A DNA stretch of 64,000 bases from an uncultured Acidobacteriota bacterium. GTDB lineage: Bacteria > Acidobacteriota > Thermoanaerobaculia > Multivoradales > JAHEKO01. The notes under the pieces are model-generated. The model was not told where the DNA came from. It ran no database searches and saw only the letters and a list, made by a program, of their open reading frames with translations. Shown here one piece after another: positions 1-10,361 of the stretch. The DNA is taken from assembly GCA_963713825.1 (NCBI GenBank), contig CAVQNG010000004.1, positions 224,001 to 288,000 on the forward strand. Direction: 5' to 3'. The position numbers were made by a program, and so were the translations under genes. Within the stretch, counting starts at the first letter, position 1; each line of letters starts with the position of its first letter.

Positions 1-681
1 GGACAGGCCCTTCTATTGCTCGCCGTTTCGGACCCGGCTCTGTCCCCTGTCGCGACCGTCCTGGCCGAGCGGCCCCAGGCCAACGTGGCCCTGCACACCG
101 CCGGTGCTCTCGACGCCTCCGTGCTCGCGCCGCTGCAAGTCGCCGGGGCCAGCATCGGATCCTTGCACCCACTGATGGCCTTTCCGAGAGTTCTCACCGA
201 CCCAGCCCAGGCCGCGGGGATGGTCTTCGCCCTCGACGGCGACCCGCTGGCGCGGGATCTGGCAGAGAAGATCGTCCTTTCCTGGGACGGAATCCCGGCG
301 CTGGTGACAGCAGAGGCAAGACCTATCTACCACTTGGGGGCATCCATTGCGGCGGGTGGCGTTGTGACCCTGCTTGCCGCGGCCTTCGAGATGGCCTCCC
401 GACAGGGACTACCCTCCGAGATCATGCAGGGCTATCTCACCCTGGCCCGAGGTGCCCTCGATCAGGCCTCTCGATCGATTCGTGTCGCCGACGCCATCAC
501 CGGTCCTGTGGCGAGAGGCGACGTGGAGACGTTTCAGCGCCAGATCGAGAGCCTCGAAAAGCTCGATCCGAGCCTGACGCGGGCGGTGCTCGGTCTCGCC
601 GACCTGACCCGTCGATTCACTGCAAACGAAGGCGATTCCGACACCCAATCCGAAGAGCGAGCCCGGGCGCTGAAACCATAG
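1..681 (+). CDS. Rossmann-like/DUF2520 domain oxidoreductase (PanG-like), 5'-truncated by the window edge
   Basis: Motifs LHTAGA, SLHPLMAF, YHLGASIA, ITGPVARGD; frame is open to position 1. Confidence 0.8.
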   Translation, partial: GQALLLLAVSDPALSPVATVLAERPQANVALHTAGALDASVLAPLQVAGASIGSLHPLMAFPRVLTDPAQAAGMVFALDGDPLARDLAEKIVLSWDGIPALVTAEARPIYHLGASIAAGGVVTLLAAAFEMASRQGLPSEIMQGYLTLARGALDQASRSIRVADAITGPVARGDVETFQRQIESLEKLDPSLTRAVLGLADLTRRFTANEGDSDTQSEERARALKP

Positions 682-753
682 AGGAACCGGTCACTTTCAC
701 CCCTGGAACCTGATGGTAAGATCCAGCCCAGCGCGAGGCAGAGCCCTATAGCT

Positions 754-1845
754 ATGGCCACATTCAACTTCAGCACCATGCAGATGACGGTCAAGGTCGT
801 CTACTACGGCCCGGGCCTCTGCGGCAAGACGACAAATCTACAGTTCATCTACGGCCATACGACGCCGAACTCACGGGGTGAGATGGTCTCTCTGGAGACC
901 AAAGCGGATCGAACCCTGTTCTTCGATCTGCTGCCGATCGAAGTGGGGACGATCGCCGGCTTCAAGACCAAGATCCAGCTCTATACGGTGCCCGGGCAGG
1001 TGTTCTACAACACCACTCGCAAGCTCGTATTGAAAGGCGTCGACGGAATCGTCTTCGTGGCCGATACTCAACGCCCCATGCTGCAATCGAACGTCGAGTC
1101 CCTCAGCAACCTGAAGACCAACCTGGCGGAGCTGGGCATCGTCATCGACACGGTTCCCATGGTGTTCCAGTACAACAAACGGGACCTTCAGGACGTCTGC
1201 ACCGTGCAGGAGCTCGACAAGACACTGAACAGCAGGGAGGTGCCGCGAGTCGAGGCGGCGGCACTGACGGGAATGGGGGTCTTCGAGACCCTGCGAGCCA
1301 TCTCGAAGCTCACTCTCGGTGCACTCAAGAAGCAACTCGAAGAGGGTTCGCCTTCCTCGGCGAGAGTCCCGCTGCCGCTACAGCCCAAGGTTCCTGCGGC
1401 AGCGGCGACCAAGAAGGCGGCGACCAGCGCCCCGCCCATCGTTCCTCCCCAGGCCAGACCCGCTGCCAGCCCGCAACCGCAAGCGAGTCAGGCGGCGGCC
1501 AGCGCGGCACCGGCCGCGAGCCCGGCAGAAGCTCGTCCGGCGCCAGTGAGAGCTACCGCGCCAAAGCCGTCACCAGTAGCTGCTCCGGCTTCTACTCCTC
1601 CCAGGCCACGTCCGACACCGCCAGCCGCCAAACGGGAGACAGGCCGGACCAGTCGCAATCTATTGCTCCGTCTGGACCAACCGGATCTCGAACGAACTCA
1701 CCGAGTCACCCTGAGCTTGAGGCTCGAGGACGCCGATCAGAGACTGGTTCAAGAGGTGCGAAACGTGCAGTTGGACCTGGATCGTTCCGAGTCGTCCGAC
1801 GACTTGCAGCTGCAACTCAATATTCGCCTCCACCCCAAGTCTTGA
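754..1845 (+). CDS. mglA: MglA-family small GTPase with Pro/Ala-rich linker and C-terminal extension
   Basis: KVVYYGPGLCGKTTN, DRTLFFD, TVPGQ and NKRD motifs in the first ~190 aa. Confidence 0.85.
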   Translation: MATFNFSTMQMTVKVVYYGPGLCGKTTNLQFIYGHTTPNSRGEMVSLETKADRTLFFDLLPIEVGTIAGFKTKIQLYTVPGQVFYNTTRKLVLKGVDGIVFVADTQRPMLQSNVESLSNLKTNLAELGIVIDTVPMVFQYNKRDLQDVCTVQELDKTLNSREVPRVEAAALTGMGVFETLRAISKLTLGALKKQLEEGSPSSARVPLPLQPKVPAAAATKKAATSAPPIVPPQARPAASPQPQASQAAASAAPAASPAEARPAPVRATAPKPSPVAAPASTPPRPRPTPPAAKRETGRTSRNLLLRLDQPDLERTHRVTLSLRLEDADQRLVQEVRNVQLDLDRSESSDDLQLQLNIRLHPKS

Positions 1846-1899
1846 TCGAACCAGCCCGGCGACATCGAGAGCCAGGTTCTCCCCTGGAAGCGACAACAC

Positions 1900-2358
1900 A
1901 TGAGATGTCCGTTCTGCACCGAAAACAACGATCGGGTGGTGGACTCCCGAGAGAATCGCCACGGCATGACCATTCGGCGACGGCGGGAGTGCCTGGAATG
2001 CGGACGTCGGTTCACCTCCTACGAGCGGATCGAAGAGATCCCCTACATGGTGATCAAGCGCGACGGCAGCCGGGTCGAATTCGATCGGGCCAAGCTGCTG
2101 GCCGGCCTTCACAAGGCCTGCGAGAAACGACCCGTACCAGCCAAGCGGTTGGAGGAGATGGTCGATCTCGTCGAGCAGCAACTCCAGGACCGGGAGGACC
2201 ACGAGATCACGACGCAGGAGATCGGCCAGTTCGTCATGGACCAGCTACGAGAGCTGGATCAGGTCTCCTACGTCCGCTTCGCTTCCGTCTACCGCAAGTT
2301 CGAAGACATCGACGCCTTCATGTCGGAGCTCAAGAATCTCCTTGACCAACGTCGTTGA
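1900..2358 (+). CDS. nrdR: Transcriptional repressor NrdR
   Basis: MRCPFC...VVDSR...IRRRRECLECGRRFTSYE zinc ribbon; ATP cone ending YVRFASVYR. Confidence 0.97.
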   Translation: MRCPFCTENNDRVVDSRENRHGMTIRRRRECLECGRRFTSYERIEEIPYMVIKRDGSRVEFDRAKLLAGLHKACEKRPVPAKRLEEMVDLVEQQLQDREDHEITTQEIGQFVMDQLRELDQVSYVRFASVYRKFEDIDAFMSELKNLLDQRR

Positions 2359-2378
2359 CTATCAAGAGCCCTCGAACC

Positions 2379-4766
2379 ATGACCACGACACCCACAATGA
2401 CCGACGAAACCCTCGACGGCAGCATGAAGCTGCCCGACGTCCTGCCCGTCCTGCCGTTGAAGGACACGGTGATTTTTCCCTACATCATCCTGCCCCTCTC
2501 CGTCGGGCGCGACAAGAGCGTCCTCGCAGTCGATCAGGCCCTGGCCGAAAACCGGATCATCATGCTGGTGACCCAGAAAGACGCCTCGGTCGAGGATCCC
2601 GGTGAGGAGGATCTGCACGAGTTCGGCACGGCGGCACTGATCATGCGCATGTTGAAGCTGCCTGACGGCCGCATCCGCATTCTCGTCCAGGGCCTGAGTC
2701 GCGCCCGAATCGCCCACATCGGCCAGACCGAGCCGCATCTCAAGGCCAAGATCGAGCAGTTGGACGAGCCTCTCTTCGGTGACCAGGATCTGGCGGTGGA
2801 GGCCCTTGTCCGTACCGTCAAGGAGGGCCTCGACACTGTCGTCAACCTCGGCAAGACGATCTCTCCCGAGGTGATGATCATCGCGGCCAATCTCGAAGAC
2901 CCCGGGCGCCTCGCGGACCTGGCGGCAGGCAATCTCGAGCTCAAGGCCGAGGATGCACAGGAAATCCTGCGCACCATCTCGCCTCTGGAGCGATTGCGCA
3001 AGGTCAGCGACCTGCTCCTGAGGGAGATCCAGCTGCTCAAGATGCAGCAGGAGATCTCGCTACAGGCGCGGGGAGAGATGGACAAGGGACAGCGAGAGTA
3101 CTTCTTGCGGCAGCAGCTCAAGGCGATTCAACAGGAGCTCGGCGAAGGGGACGAGCTCGACGAGGAGATCACCGATTTCCGTCGTATCGGCAAAGAGAAG
3201 CAACTCCCCGAGGAGGCTCTCGAGGAGCTCGAACGTCAGATCCAGAGGCTGGAGCGCGGCCATCCCGACAGCGCCGAGACCGCCATCACCCGGACATACC
3301 TCGAGTGGCTGACGGGGCTTCCGTGGGAGACGCAGAGCGAAGATCTCCTGGACCTGGTACGCGCCCGCAAGATTCTCGACGAAGATCACTACGATCTGGA
3401 GAAGGTCAAAGAGAGAATCCTCGAGTACCTTGCGGTTCGCAAACTCAAGGACGACACCAAGGGGCCGATCCTCTGCTTTGTCGGACCGCCTGGAGTCGGC
3501 AAAACTTCGCTCGGACGCTCGATCGCCAGGGCCCTGGGACGAGAGTTTGTTCGCATCTCTCTGGGAGGCGTGCGCGACGAGGCCGAGATCCGCGGTCATC
3601 GGCGAACCTACGTCGGCGCCATGCCGGGCAGGATCATCCAGGGAATCAACCAGGCCGGAACCAGCAACCCGGTCTTCATGCTGGACGAGATCGACAAGGT
3701 GGGAGCGGATTTCCGAGGGGATCCCTCCTCCGCTCTGCTGGAGGTCCTGGATCCGGAGCAGAACTTCAGCTTCCGCGATCACTATCTGAGCGTCGCCTAC
3801 GACCTGTCTCGGGTCATGTTCATCACCACCGCCAACCTCCTCGAGCCGATTCAGCCCGCCTTCCTCGACCGCATGGAGGTCATCCGGCTGAGTGGCTACA
3901 CCGGCCAGGAGAAGCTCCAGATTGCCCAGCGTCACCTGATTCCAAAGCAGGTCGAGCAGCACGGGCTGAAGTCCAACCAGATCTCTTTCACGACGGCGGC
4001 TATCCGCAAGATCGTCAAGGACTACACGAAAGAAGCTGGACTGCGCAATCTCGAGAGAGAGCTGGCGGCGATCTGCCGCAAGGTAGCGGTGCAGGTAGCA
4101 GGGGGTAAGAAGGGCAAGACCCCCGTATCCCTCGCCCGGGTCGAAGAGCTTCTGGGTCCCGCCAAGCACTTCAGCGAAGAGCTCTTGACCATCAACCGGG
4201 TCGGAGTCGCAACGGGCCTGGCGTGGACCGCTGCCGGCGGCGATCTACTGTTCATTGAGACCGTGGCCCTGCCAGGCAAGGGTCGACTGGTCCTCACGGG
4301 GCAGCTCGGAGAGGTCATGAAGGAGTCCGCGCAGGCCGCCTTGAGCTTTTCTCGCTCGTACTGTGCCGACTCTGACCTGCCGGCCGGTTTCTTCACCACC
4401 CACGACTTCCATATTCACGTTCCAGCCGGCTCCATCCCCAAAGACGGTCCTTCGGCCGGCATCACCATCGCCGCAGCCATCGTCTCCGTCCTGCTGGGCA
4501 GACCGATCAACCGAAGACTCGCCATGACAGGTGAGATCACGCTGCGAGGCGACATCCTGCCCATCGGCGGACTGAAGGAGAAGGTCCTGGCGGCCAAGGC
4601 GGCAGGCGTCAAGAGAATCGTGCTGCCCCGACTCAACGAGAGAGATCTCCACGAAGTCCAGCCAGAGCACCGCAAGGGTCTGACGTTCCACTTTGCCGAG
4701 GACATGCGCGAAGTGTTGGACATCGCCCTGATGAAGAAGCCGAGAGCTCGCCGCAAGGCGAGTTGA
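2379..4766 (+). CDS. lon: ATP-dependent Lon protease
   Basis: LON N-domain, GPPGVGKTS Walker A, LDEIDK, PKDGPSAG catalytic Ser, IGGLKEK; start could be 2355, 2379 or 2397. Confidence 0.97.
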   Translation: MTTTPTMTDETLDGSMKLPDVLPVLPLKDTVIFPYIILPLSVGRDKSVLAVDQALAENRIIMLVTQKDASVEDPGEEDLHEFGTAALIMRMLKLPDGRIRILVQGLSRARIAHIGQTEPHLKAKIEQLDEPLFGDQDLAVEALVRTVKEGLDTVVNLGKTISPEVMIIAANLEDPGRLADLAAGNLELKAEDAQEILRTISPLERLRKVSDLLLREIQLLKMQQEISLQARGEMDKGQREYFLRQQLKAIQQELGEGDELDEEITDFRRIGKEKQLPEEALEELERQIQRLERGHPDSAETAITRTYLEWLTGLPWETQSEDLLDLVRARKILDEDHYDLEKVKERILEYLAVRKLKDDTKGPILCFVGPPGVGKTSLGRSIARALGREFVRISLGGVRDEAEIRGHRRTYVGAMPGRIIQGINQAGTSNPVFMLDEIDKVGADFRGDPSSALLEVLDPEQNFSFRDHYLSVAYDLSRVMFITTANLLEPIQPAFLDRMEVIRLSGYTGQEKLQIAQRHLIPKQVEQHGLKSNQISFTTAAIRKIVKDYTKEAGLRNLERELAAICRKVAVQVAGGKKGKTPVSLARVEELLGPAKHFSEELLTINRVGVATGLAWTAAGGDLLFIETVALPGKGRLVLTGQLGEVMKESAQAALSFSRSYCADSDLPAGFFTTHDFHIHVPAGSIPKDGPSAGITIAAAIVSVLLGRPINRRLAMTGEITLRGDILPIGGLKEKVLAAKAAGVKRIVLPRLNERDLHEVQPEHRKGLTFHFAEDMREVLDIALMKKPRARRKAS

Positions 4767-4791
4767 GGATTGCCCACCTGAGCGTCGGCCT

Positions 4792-5784
4792 ATGAGCTCG
4801 AGCCGAGAGGACCGTCTTCTAGATTGGCTGCGGGAGCAGCTGCGCCGAGACGGCAGCGACAGAATCGGCGACGACGCGGCCCTGCTGCCGAAAGCCGAGT
4901 CCGCGATCACGGTGGATCATCAGATCGCCGGCGTCCATTTCCCGGCTGATCTCGACCCGCGAGTCGTGGCGGGACGACTTCTGGCGGTGAACCTCTCCGA
5001 CCTGGCCGCCATGGGAGCCGTACCGCGGTACGCGTTCCTCGCACTGAGCTCTCCCGCCGATCAAAACGTCAAGAGCTTCCTCAGGGCTCTGCTGAAGGCC
5101 TGCCGACAGGCTGACGTCGAGTTGGCCGGCGGAGACTTGGCACGGGGACCCGTTCTTTCGGCAACGTTGACACTTGTCGGAGGCAAGGCCTCTGGCGGCA
5201 GATGGGTCCGACGCAGCAACGGCCAGCCAGGCGATCGACTCTGGCTGGGTGGCCCGGTTGGCGAGTCCGCCCTCGGCCGCCATCTACTGGCCGGTGGCGC
5301 CTCATTTCGGCAGTCCCGCATCCAACTTCCTGCAGCGCTCACCTCGCACACCGGACTGACGACTTCCGCCAGGCAAGCCATCCGGAGGCATCTGTTCCCT
5401 GAACCCCAGATCGACCTGGGTCTGTGGCTGGCACGACGCCGCAGAGCCGCGGCCATCGACATCTCCGATGGACTGTCCCTGGATCTGCATCGCTTGTGCA
5501 AAGAGAGTGGTGTCGGCGCACGACTGCACGCCGAGAGGCTGCCAGTTTCGAAGCGTTTCCTGGAACTGTGTGCTTGGCAGAAACTGGAGCCTGAAGAGTT
5601 GATGCTCGCAGGCGGTGAAGACTACTGCCTCCTGTTCAGCCTACCGGCATCGATCCGACCGCCCAGCCGCTACGACTGCACCCGCATCGGGGAGCTCACT
5701 CGAGACCGTTCGATTCGTTGGATCGAGGGCGGGCGTGAGAGCCCTCTGGAGCCGCAGGGCTGGGATCATCTGAAGGCCGTCTAG
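4792..5784 (+). CDS. thiL: Thiamine-monophosphate kinase
   Basis: IGDDAA, GVHF, NLSDLAAMGA, GGDL, IDISDGL, GGEDY. Confidence 0.93.
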   Translation: MSSSREDRLLDWLREQLRRDGSDRIGDDAALLPKAESAITVDHQIAGVHFPADLDPRVVAGRLLAVNLSDLAAMGAVPRYAFLALSSPADQNVKSFLRALLKACRQADVELAGGDLARGPVLSATLTLVGGKASGGRWVRRSNGQPGDRLWLGGPVGESALGRHLLAGGASFRQSRIQLPAALTSHTGLTTSARQAIRRHLFPEPQIDLGLWLARRRRAAAIDISDGLSLDLHRLCKESGVGARLHAERLPVSKRFLELCAWQKLEPEELMLAGGEDYCLLFSLPASIRPPSRYDCTRIGELTRDRSIRWIEGGRESPLEPQGWDHLKAV

Positions 5785-5792
5785 AATCCTCG

Positions 5793-6269
5793 ATGATGAG
5801 CAAGACCGATCTCTACCAACAGGCCGAGTCGCGGATCGCCGAGCTGGTCCGCGATCTGGACGATCCCATCGCCGCGATGGCGAGCACGGCATCCGTGCTT
5901 CATGAGCTGCTCCCAGCTGCCAGCTGGACCGGCTTCTACCGCGTCGTGGCTCCCGAGCTGCTGCGTGTGGGCCCCTATCAGGGACCGGTGGGGTGTCTAG
6001 AAATTGCCTTTGGCCGCGGTGTTTGCGGCGCCGCGGCCCGCCTTCGGCAGTCCCAGGTCGTCGAAGACGTTCACGACTTCGAAGGTCACATCGCCTGTGA
6101 CGCGCTGGCCCGCTCCGAGGTGGTCGTGCCGGTCTTCGATGGTCAGAACACCGTGGTAGCAGTCCTCGATATCGACTCCCATGAACCGGCAGCCTTCGAC
6201 GACACCGACCGGGCAGCGTTGGAGAGAATCGTCGAGTTGCTACGCCCCTGCTTCGACACCCCCGACTAG
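5793..6269 (+). CDS. msrC: GAF-domain free methionine-R-sulfoxide reductase
   Basis: WTGFY, GPYQGPVGC, GRGVCG, GHIACD, SEVVVP, LDIDS. Confidence 0.85.
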   Translation: MMSKTDLYQQAESRIAELVRDLDDPIAAMASTASVLHELLPAASWTGFYRVVAPELLRVGPYQGPVGCLEIAFGRGVCGAAARLRQSQVVEDVHDFEGHIACDALARSEVVVPVFDGQNTVVAVLDIDSHEPAAFDDTDRAALERIVELLRPCFDTPD

Positions 6270-6281
6270 CATGGGCCTTGA

Positions 6282-7169
6282 TCAAGGGATGGCCAGGCTG
6301 CGAACCAGATAGGAGAGGGCCTGGCGGCTCAAGCCGAGACTTCTCGCCGCTTCGGCTCGATTCCCACCACTGGCATTCAGGGCTTCCCGAACCAGCTCCC
6401 GACGGAACTCTCTCACCTGCTCGTGGTAGCCAACCGCGGCGCAACGATCGGAGTCCGGCAGCTCCAGGTGCTCGGAGCGGATGACGTAGTCGTCCGCCAG
6501 AGCTTTGGCGACTTCCAGGGTATTGCGCAACTCCCGAACATTGCCGGGCCATGGGTAGGAGCGCAGTCGCTGTCTGGCTTCCGAGCTCAACTGATAGCCC
6601 TCACGGACCAGAAAATGCTCTCCCAGAAGCAATACGTCCTGGCCCCGCTCCCGCAGCGGCGGTAGAACGACGCTGCCGACCTTGAGTCGATAAAAGAGAT
6701 CGCGGCGGAACTCCCCGTCATTCACCATCGAGATGAGGCTGCGGTGTGTCGCCGCGACGATTCGGACATCCACTTTGCGGGGCAGACTCTCACCCAGTCT
6801 GCGGACTTCTCTCTCCTGCAGCACGCGGAGAAGCTTCCCCTGGGCTGGCAGCGGCAGGTCTCCGATCTCGTCCAGAAAGACCGTCCCTCCACGACTGGCC
6901 TCGAAGATCCCCGCCCGATCCCGATCGGCCCCCGTGAACGAGCCTTTGACGTGGCCGAAGAGATCCGACAGCAACAGCGAATCCGGCAGAGCCGCGCAGT
7001 TGACCGCCAGGAACGGCAGGGTCGCCCGGGCACTGAGCCGGTGGATCCGTCGAGCTGCCAACTCTTTGCCGGTACCGGTCTCGCCCAGAATCAGTATCGC
7101 CAGATCCGAAGGAGCCAGCAGAGCCAGGCGTTCCAGCGCCGAACGCAGCCGCGGACTCTCACCCAGCAT
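6282..7169 (-). CDS. Sigma-54 enhancer-binding protein (AAA+ and Fis-HTH only, no sensory domain)
   Basis: GETGTGKE, GSFTGA, FLDEIG, FRRDLFYRL, WPGNVREL, C-terminal HTH. Confidence 0.9.
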   Translation of the reverse strand: MLGESPRLRSALERLALLAPSDLAILILGETGTGKELAARRIHRLSARATLPFLAVNCAALPDSLLLSDLFGHVKGSFTGADRDRAGIFEASRGGTVFLDEIGDLPLPAQGKLLRVLQEREVRRLGESLPRKVDVRIVAATHRSLISMVNDGEFRRDLFYRLKVGSVVLPPLRERGQDVLLLGEHFLVREGYQLSSEARQRLRSYPWPGNVRELRNTLEVAKALADDYVIRSEHLELPDSDRCAAVGYHEQVREFRRELVREALNASGGNRAEAARSLGLSRQALSYLVRSLAIP

Positions 7170-7208
7170 CGGATTGGATCAAGCGGAGTCGCGAGGTTGG
7201 CGAGCTGT

Positions 7209-8507
7209 TCATCCCTCGATCAGCCCATCCAGATCGCGCCAAAACTCGGGATAGGACTTGGCAACCACGGCCGGCTCCATCACGGCGACTCCGGGACGTC
7301 GCAGACCGCAGACAGCCAAGCTCATGGCGATGCGATGATCACCATAGGTCTCGACCTGCACCTCGTTCGACGGCACAGGCCCCTTGGCCCAACTGCCGGT
7401 CACCTTCAACCCTGCCGGCAATTCATCGAGCTCGGCACCGAGGCGCCTGAGCTCCGTCGCCATGGCTGCCAATCGGTCGCTTTCTTTGAGTCTCAGATGA
7501 GGCACGTTGTCGATGGTCGTGGTACCCACGGCAAAGGGTGCGAGGGCGGCGAGTGTCGGCACCTGATCCGGCATATCCGAGAAATCCACATCGACCGATT
7601 GAAGTCTCGACGAGCCGGTAACCTGTAGGATCCCGGCAAGCCACTCCACACGAGCACCCATTCGGGCCAGCACCTCCATGAATCTTCGGTCACCTTGCTT
7701 CGACTGGGGCGATACCCCCTCGATGCGAACTCTCCCCGCAGTCAAGGCTGCAGCAGCGGCCGGATAGGCGGCGGCCGAGAAGTCGCCTTCCATCGTCCAT
7801 CGCCCGCCCTGCAGGCGGCCCGGCAAGATCTCCCAGGTTTCAACGCCAAGAGACTCGACTCTGGCCTGGAAGTGACCGAGGGTGTCCAGGGTGAGATCGA
7901 AATAGGGAGCCGAAGTCAAGGACCGGACTCGCAGCTCCACGGCCTGCCTGGCGGCCGTCGCTGCCATCAAGATCGCCGAAGCGAACTGGCTCGAGAGCCC
8001 CGCGTCGATCTCCGTCCGCCCACCCTCCAGACTGCCTCCCTGAATCCGCAAAGGAGCCAACCCCTTCTCTTCGAGGTATTCGATCTGCGCTCCCAACTGG
8101 CGGAGAGCCTCGACCAGAGGGCCCAAAGGCCTCTTCCTGAGTCGGTCGCTACCATCGAGTTGCCAGACACCTGGAATGGTCGTGAGGCTCGCGGTCAGGA
8201 ATCGCAGCATCGTTCCGTTGTTGCCACAGAACAGCTCGCCGCTGGCCGGAATGGGGCCCGGTCCAATCTCCACAGAATCCTCACGAAGCGTCACTTCGTA
8301 CCCGGTTCGACTCAGAGCCGTCGCGAACAGCTCGGTGTCTTCTGACCGCAGTGGGTCCTCGAGGACAACAGGTTGTCGGGCTAGAAGGGCGAGATTCAAG
8401 AAACGCTGAGTCAGGCTCTTCGACGGCGGGACCTTAACGGTGCCTCGAATAGCTGCGCCGCTCGGGATCGAGCAAGGTCCGCGACTGGAGGCGAGGGAAC
8501 GGTTCAT
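7209..8507 (-). CDS. aroA: 3-phosphoshikimate 1-carboxyvinyltransferase
   Basis: PPSKS, GNNGTMLRF, SSQF, RLKESDR, DHRIAM, KSYPEFW. Confidence 0.95.
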   Translation of the reverse strand: MNRSLASSRGPCSIPSGAAIRGTVKVPPSKSLTQRFLNLALLARQPVVLEDPLRSEDTELFATALSRTGYEVTLREDSVEIGPGPIPASGELFCGNNGTMLRFLTASLTTIPGVWQLDGSDRLRKRPLGPLVEALRQLGAQIEYLEEKGLAPLRIQGGSLEGGRTEIDAGLSSQFASAILMAATAARQAVELRVRSLTSAPYFDLTLDTLGHFQARVESLGVETWEILPGRLQGGRWTMEGDFSAAAYPAAAAALTAGRVRIEGVSPQSKQGDRRFMEVLARMGARVEWLAGILQVTGSSRLQSVDVDFSDMPDQVPTLAALAPFAVGTTTIDNVPHLRLKESDRLAAMATELRRLGAELDELPAGLKVTGSWAKGPVPSNEVQVETYGDHRIAMSLAVCGLRRPGVAVMEPAVVAKSYPEFWRDLDGLIEG

Positions 8508-8543
8508 GCGCTTCTCCTGCCGCTCGGAGGGTTCGACCTCGGA

Positions 8544-9245
8544 TCAATCCCCGGCTGACAACCACTCGATCCGCCGGCTGTTGAACCAGGCATCGAGCAA
8601 GCGGACCTCGCCACCTTCGACCTGCCACGAGTGAGCCTCATGGAAATGGCCCAACAAGAGAACATCGTAGTCTGGGGCGAGTCTTCGATCGGCATAGCGT
8701 GAGATGACCTCTCGCGGAATCCGGTTCTTGTGTTTGAAGTTAGTCTTGGAAAGCTGTCCTTCCGTTACGTGCACCAGCTTCTGGGCCAGCCCGGCTGGCA
8801 GATTCAGCATGAAGAACCGACTCGGGGGGCTCTTCGAAAGCCAACGCCAAAACCGGTAGGAACGGTCCTCGGCATTCAACCCGTCGCCATGGACTGCCAG
8901 GTACGACCGTCCGCCGACCCGAATGGAGAGCTCATTGGAAACGCTGTCGAATACCTCTCGATACGGTCCTTCGGCGATAAAGAAGTCACGATTGCCCTCG
9001 ATGTAGTCGATCCTCCAGCCGGCACCCCGCAAATCGGCGAGCGCCGCCACGACCTGACGAATCTCGGGCGTCTCGTAGCTTCGCTGGCCAACCCAGACAT
9101 GGAAGAGATCTCCCATCAGGACCAGGTGGCCCGGTACGCCCGACGCCAGCTCTTCGAGCTGCTCGACCAACGGTTCCGCCGGTCCGCCGGGCCCACCGAT
9201 GTGGGCGTCGGCGATAACGGCTACGGGCAAGTTCTGTGGCTCCAC
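8544..9245 (-). CDS. lpxH: UDP-2,3-diacylglucosamine diphosphatase
   Basis: Calcineurin-like motifs ADAH, GDLFHVW, GNRDF, HGD, GHFH. Confidence 0.8.
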   Translation of the reverse strand: MEPQNLPVAVIADAHIGGPGGPAEPLVEQLEELASGVPGHLVLMGDLFHVWVGQRSYETPEIRQVVAALADLRGAGWRIDYIEGNRDFFIAEGPYREVFDSVSNELSIRVGGRSYLAVHGDGLNAEDRSYRFWRWLSKSPPSRFFMLNLPAGLAQKLVHVTEGQLSKTNFKHKNRIPREVISRYADRRLAPDYDVLLLGHFHEAHSWQVEGGEVRLLDAWFNSRRIEWLSAGD

Positions 9246-9284
9246 CTGGGAACTCCTGGCACTTCTTGCACTGGCAGGCCGATG

Positions 9285-10361
9285 CTAGAAGATCGACAGC
9301 TTGCTGGCCTGTCGCTTGCTGACCTCCACCACGACCGCCTCGGCCACGGCCCTGAACGAATCCGCATGGGCGCCTTCGGGCTCGGAGATAGCGATCGGTA
9401 CGCCGGCGTCGCCACCTTCCACGATGGCTGGGTCGAGCGGTATCCGTCCCAGGAACGAGCACCCCAGAAGCTCGGCAGTCCGCTCTCCCCCACCCCGCTT
9501 GAAAATGTCGGTCTCCTCGCCGCAATGAGGACAGACAAAGGTCGACATGTTCTCGATGATTCCGACGACAGGCACGTTGACCTTCTGGAACATCGCCAGA
9601 CCCTTGCGCGCATCGATCAGGGAGATGTCTTGAGGCGTGGTGACGATCACGGCACCCGAAAGTGGCACCTTCTGACTGATGGTCAGCTGCGCGTCTCCGG
9701 TGCCAGGCGGCAGATCGACGATCAGGTAGTCCAGCGGTCCCCACTCGACGTCGGAAAGGAGCTGCTCGATGGCTCGCATGACCATCGGCCCCCGCCAGAT
9801 CACGGGCGTGTCGTCGTCGAGGACAAAGCCCAACGACATCAGCCGAACGCCGTACTTTTCAAAGGGGATCAGGCGCTCGCGCTCGACGAGCGGCTGCTCA
9901 TCGATGCCGAACATCATGGGCATCGATGGCCCGTATATGTCCGCATCCAGAAGCCCTACCCTGTAGCCGGCCTGGGCAAGGGCGATGGAGAGATTGGCGG
10001 AAACGGTCGACTTGCCGACGCCGCCTTTGCCACTGGCGACAGCAACGACATGTTTGACTTCTGGAATCAGGCCCGGGTCCTGGGCAACCGCGTCCTGAGC
10101 CGTCGAGGGTGGAGTCGCCGCTTGCAGGGACACCTCCACCTCCTCGGCAATCTCGGCCTCGCGCAGCATCGCTTCCACCTCGTCCCGAACCTGATCGGCC
10201 CGGTCCCGATGGTGCGTCGAGATCGCCAGATCGACCTGCAGGGTGCCATCGGACACCGCTACCCGATCGACAAAGCCGAACGAAACGATGTCGCGGCTCA
10301 TGCCGGGAAAAGTGATGCCCTTCAAAAGGTCCCACGCCTTGTTTTCGATCTCCTTCGACAT
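9285..10361 (-). CDS. apbC: Mrp/ApbC/NBP35 Fe-S cluster carrier ATPase
   Basis: N-terminal DUF59-like domain, ASGKGGVGKST, WRGPM, DLPPGTGD, ENMS..CPHC. Confidence 0.93.
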   Translation of the reverse strand: MSKEIENKAWDLLKGITFPGMSRDIVSFGFVDRVAVSDGTLQVDLAISTHHRDRADQVRDEVEAMLREAEIAEEVEVSLQAATPPSTAQDAVAQDPGLIPEVKHVVAVASGKGGVGKSTVSANLSIALAQAGYRVGLLDADIYGPSMPMMFGIDEQPLVERERLIPFEKYGVRLMSLGFVLDDDTPVIWRGPMVMRAIEQLLSDVEWGPLDYLIVDLPPGTGDAQLTISQKVPLSGAVIVTTPQDISLIDARKGLAMFQKVNVPVVGIIENMSTFVCPHCGEETDIFKRGGGERTAELLGCSFLGRIPLDPAIVEGGDAGVPIAISEPEGAHADSFRAVAEAVVVEVSKRQASKLSIF

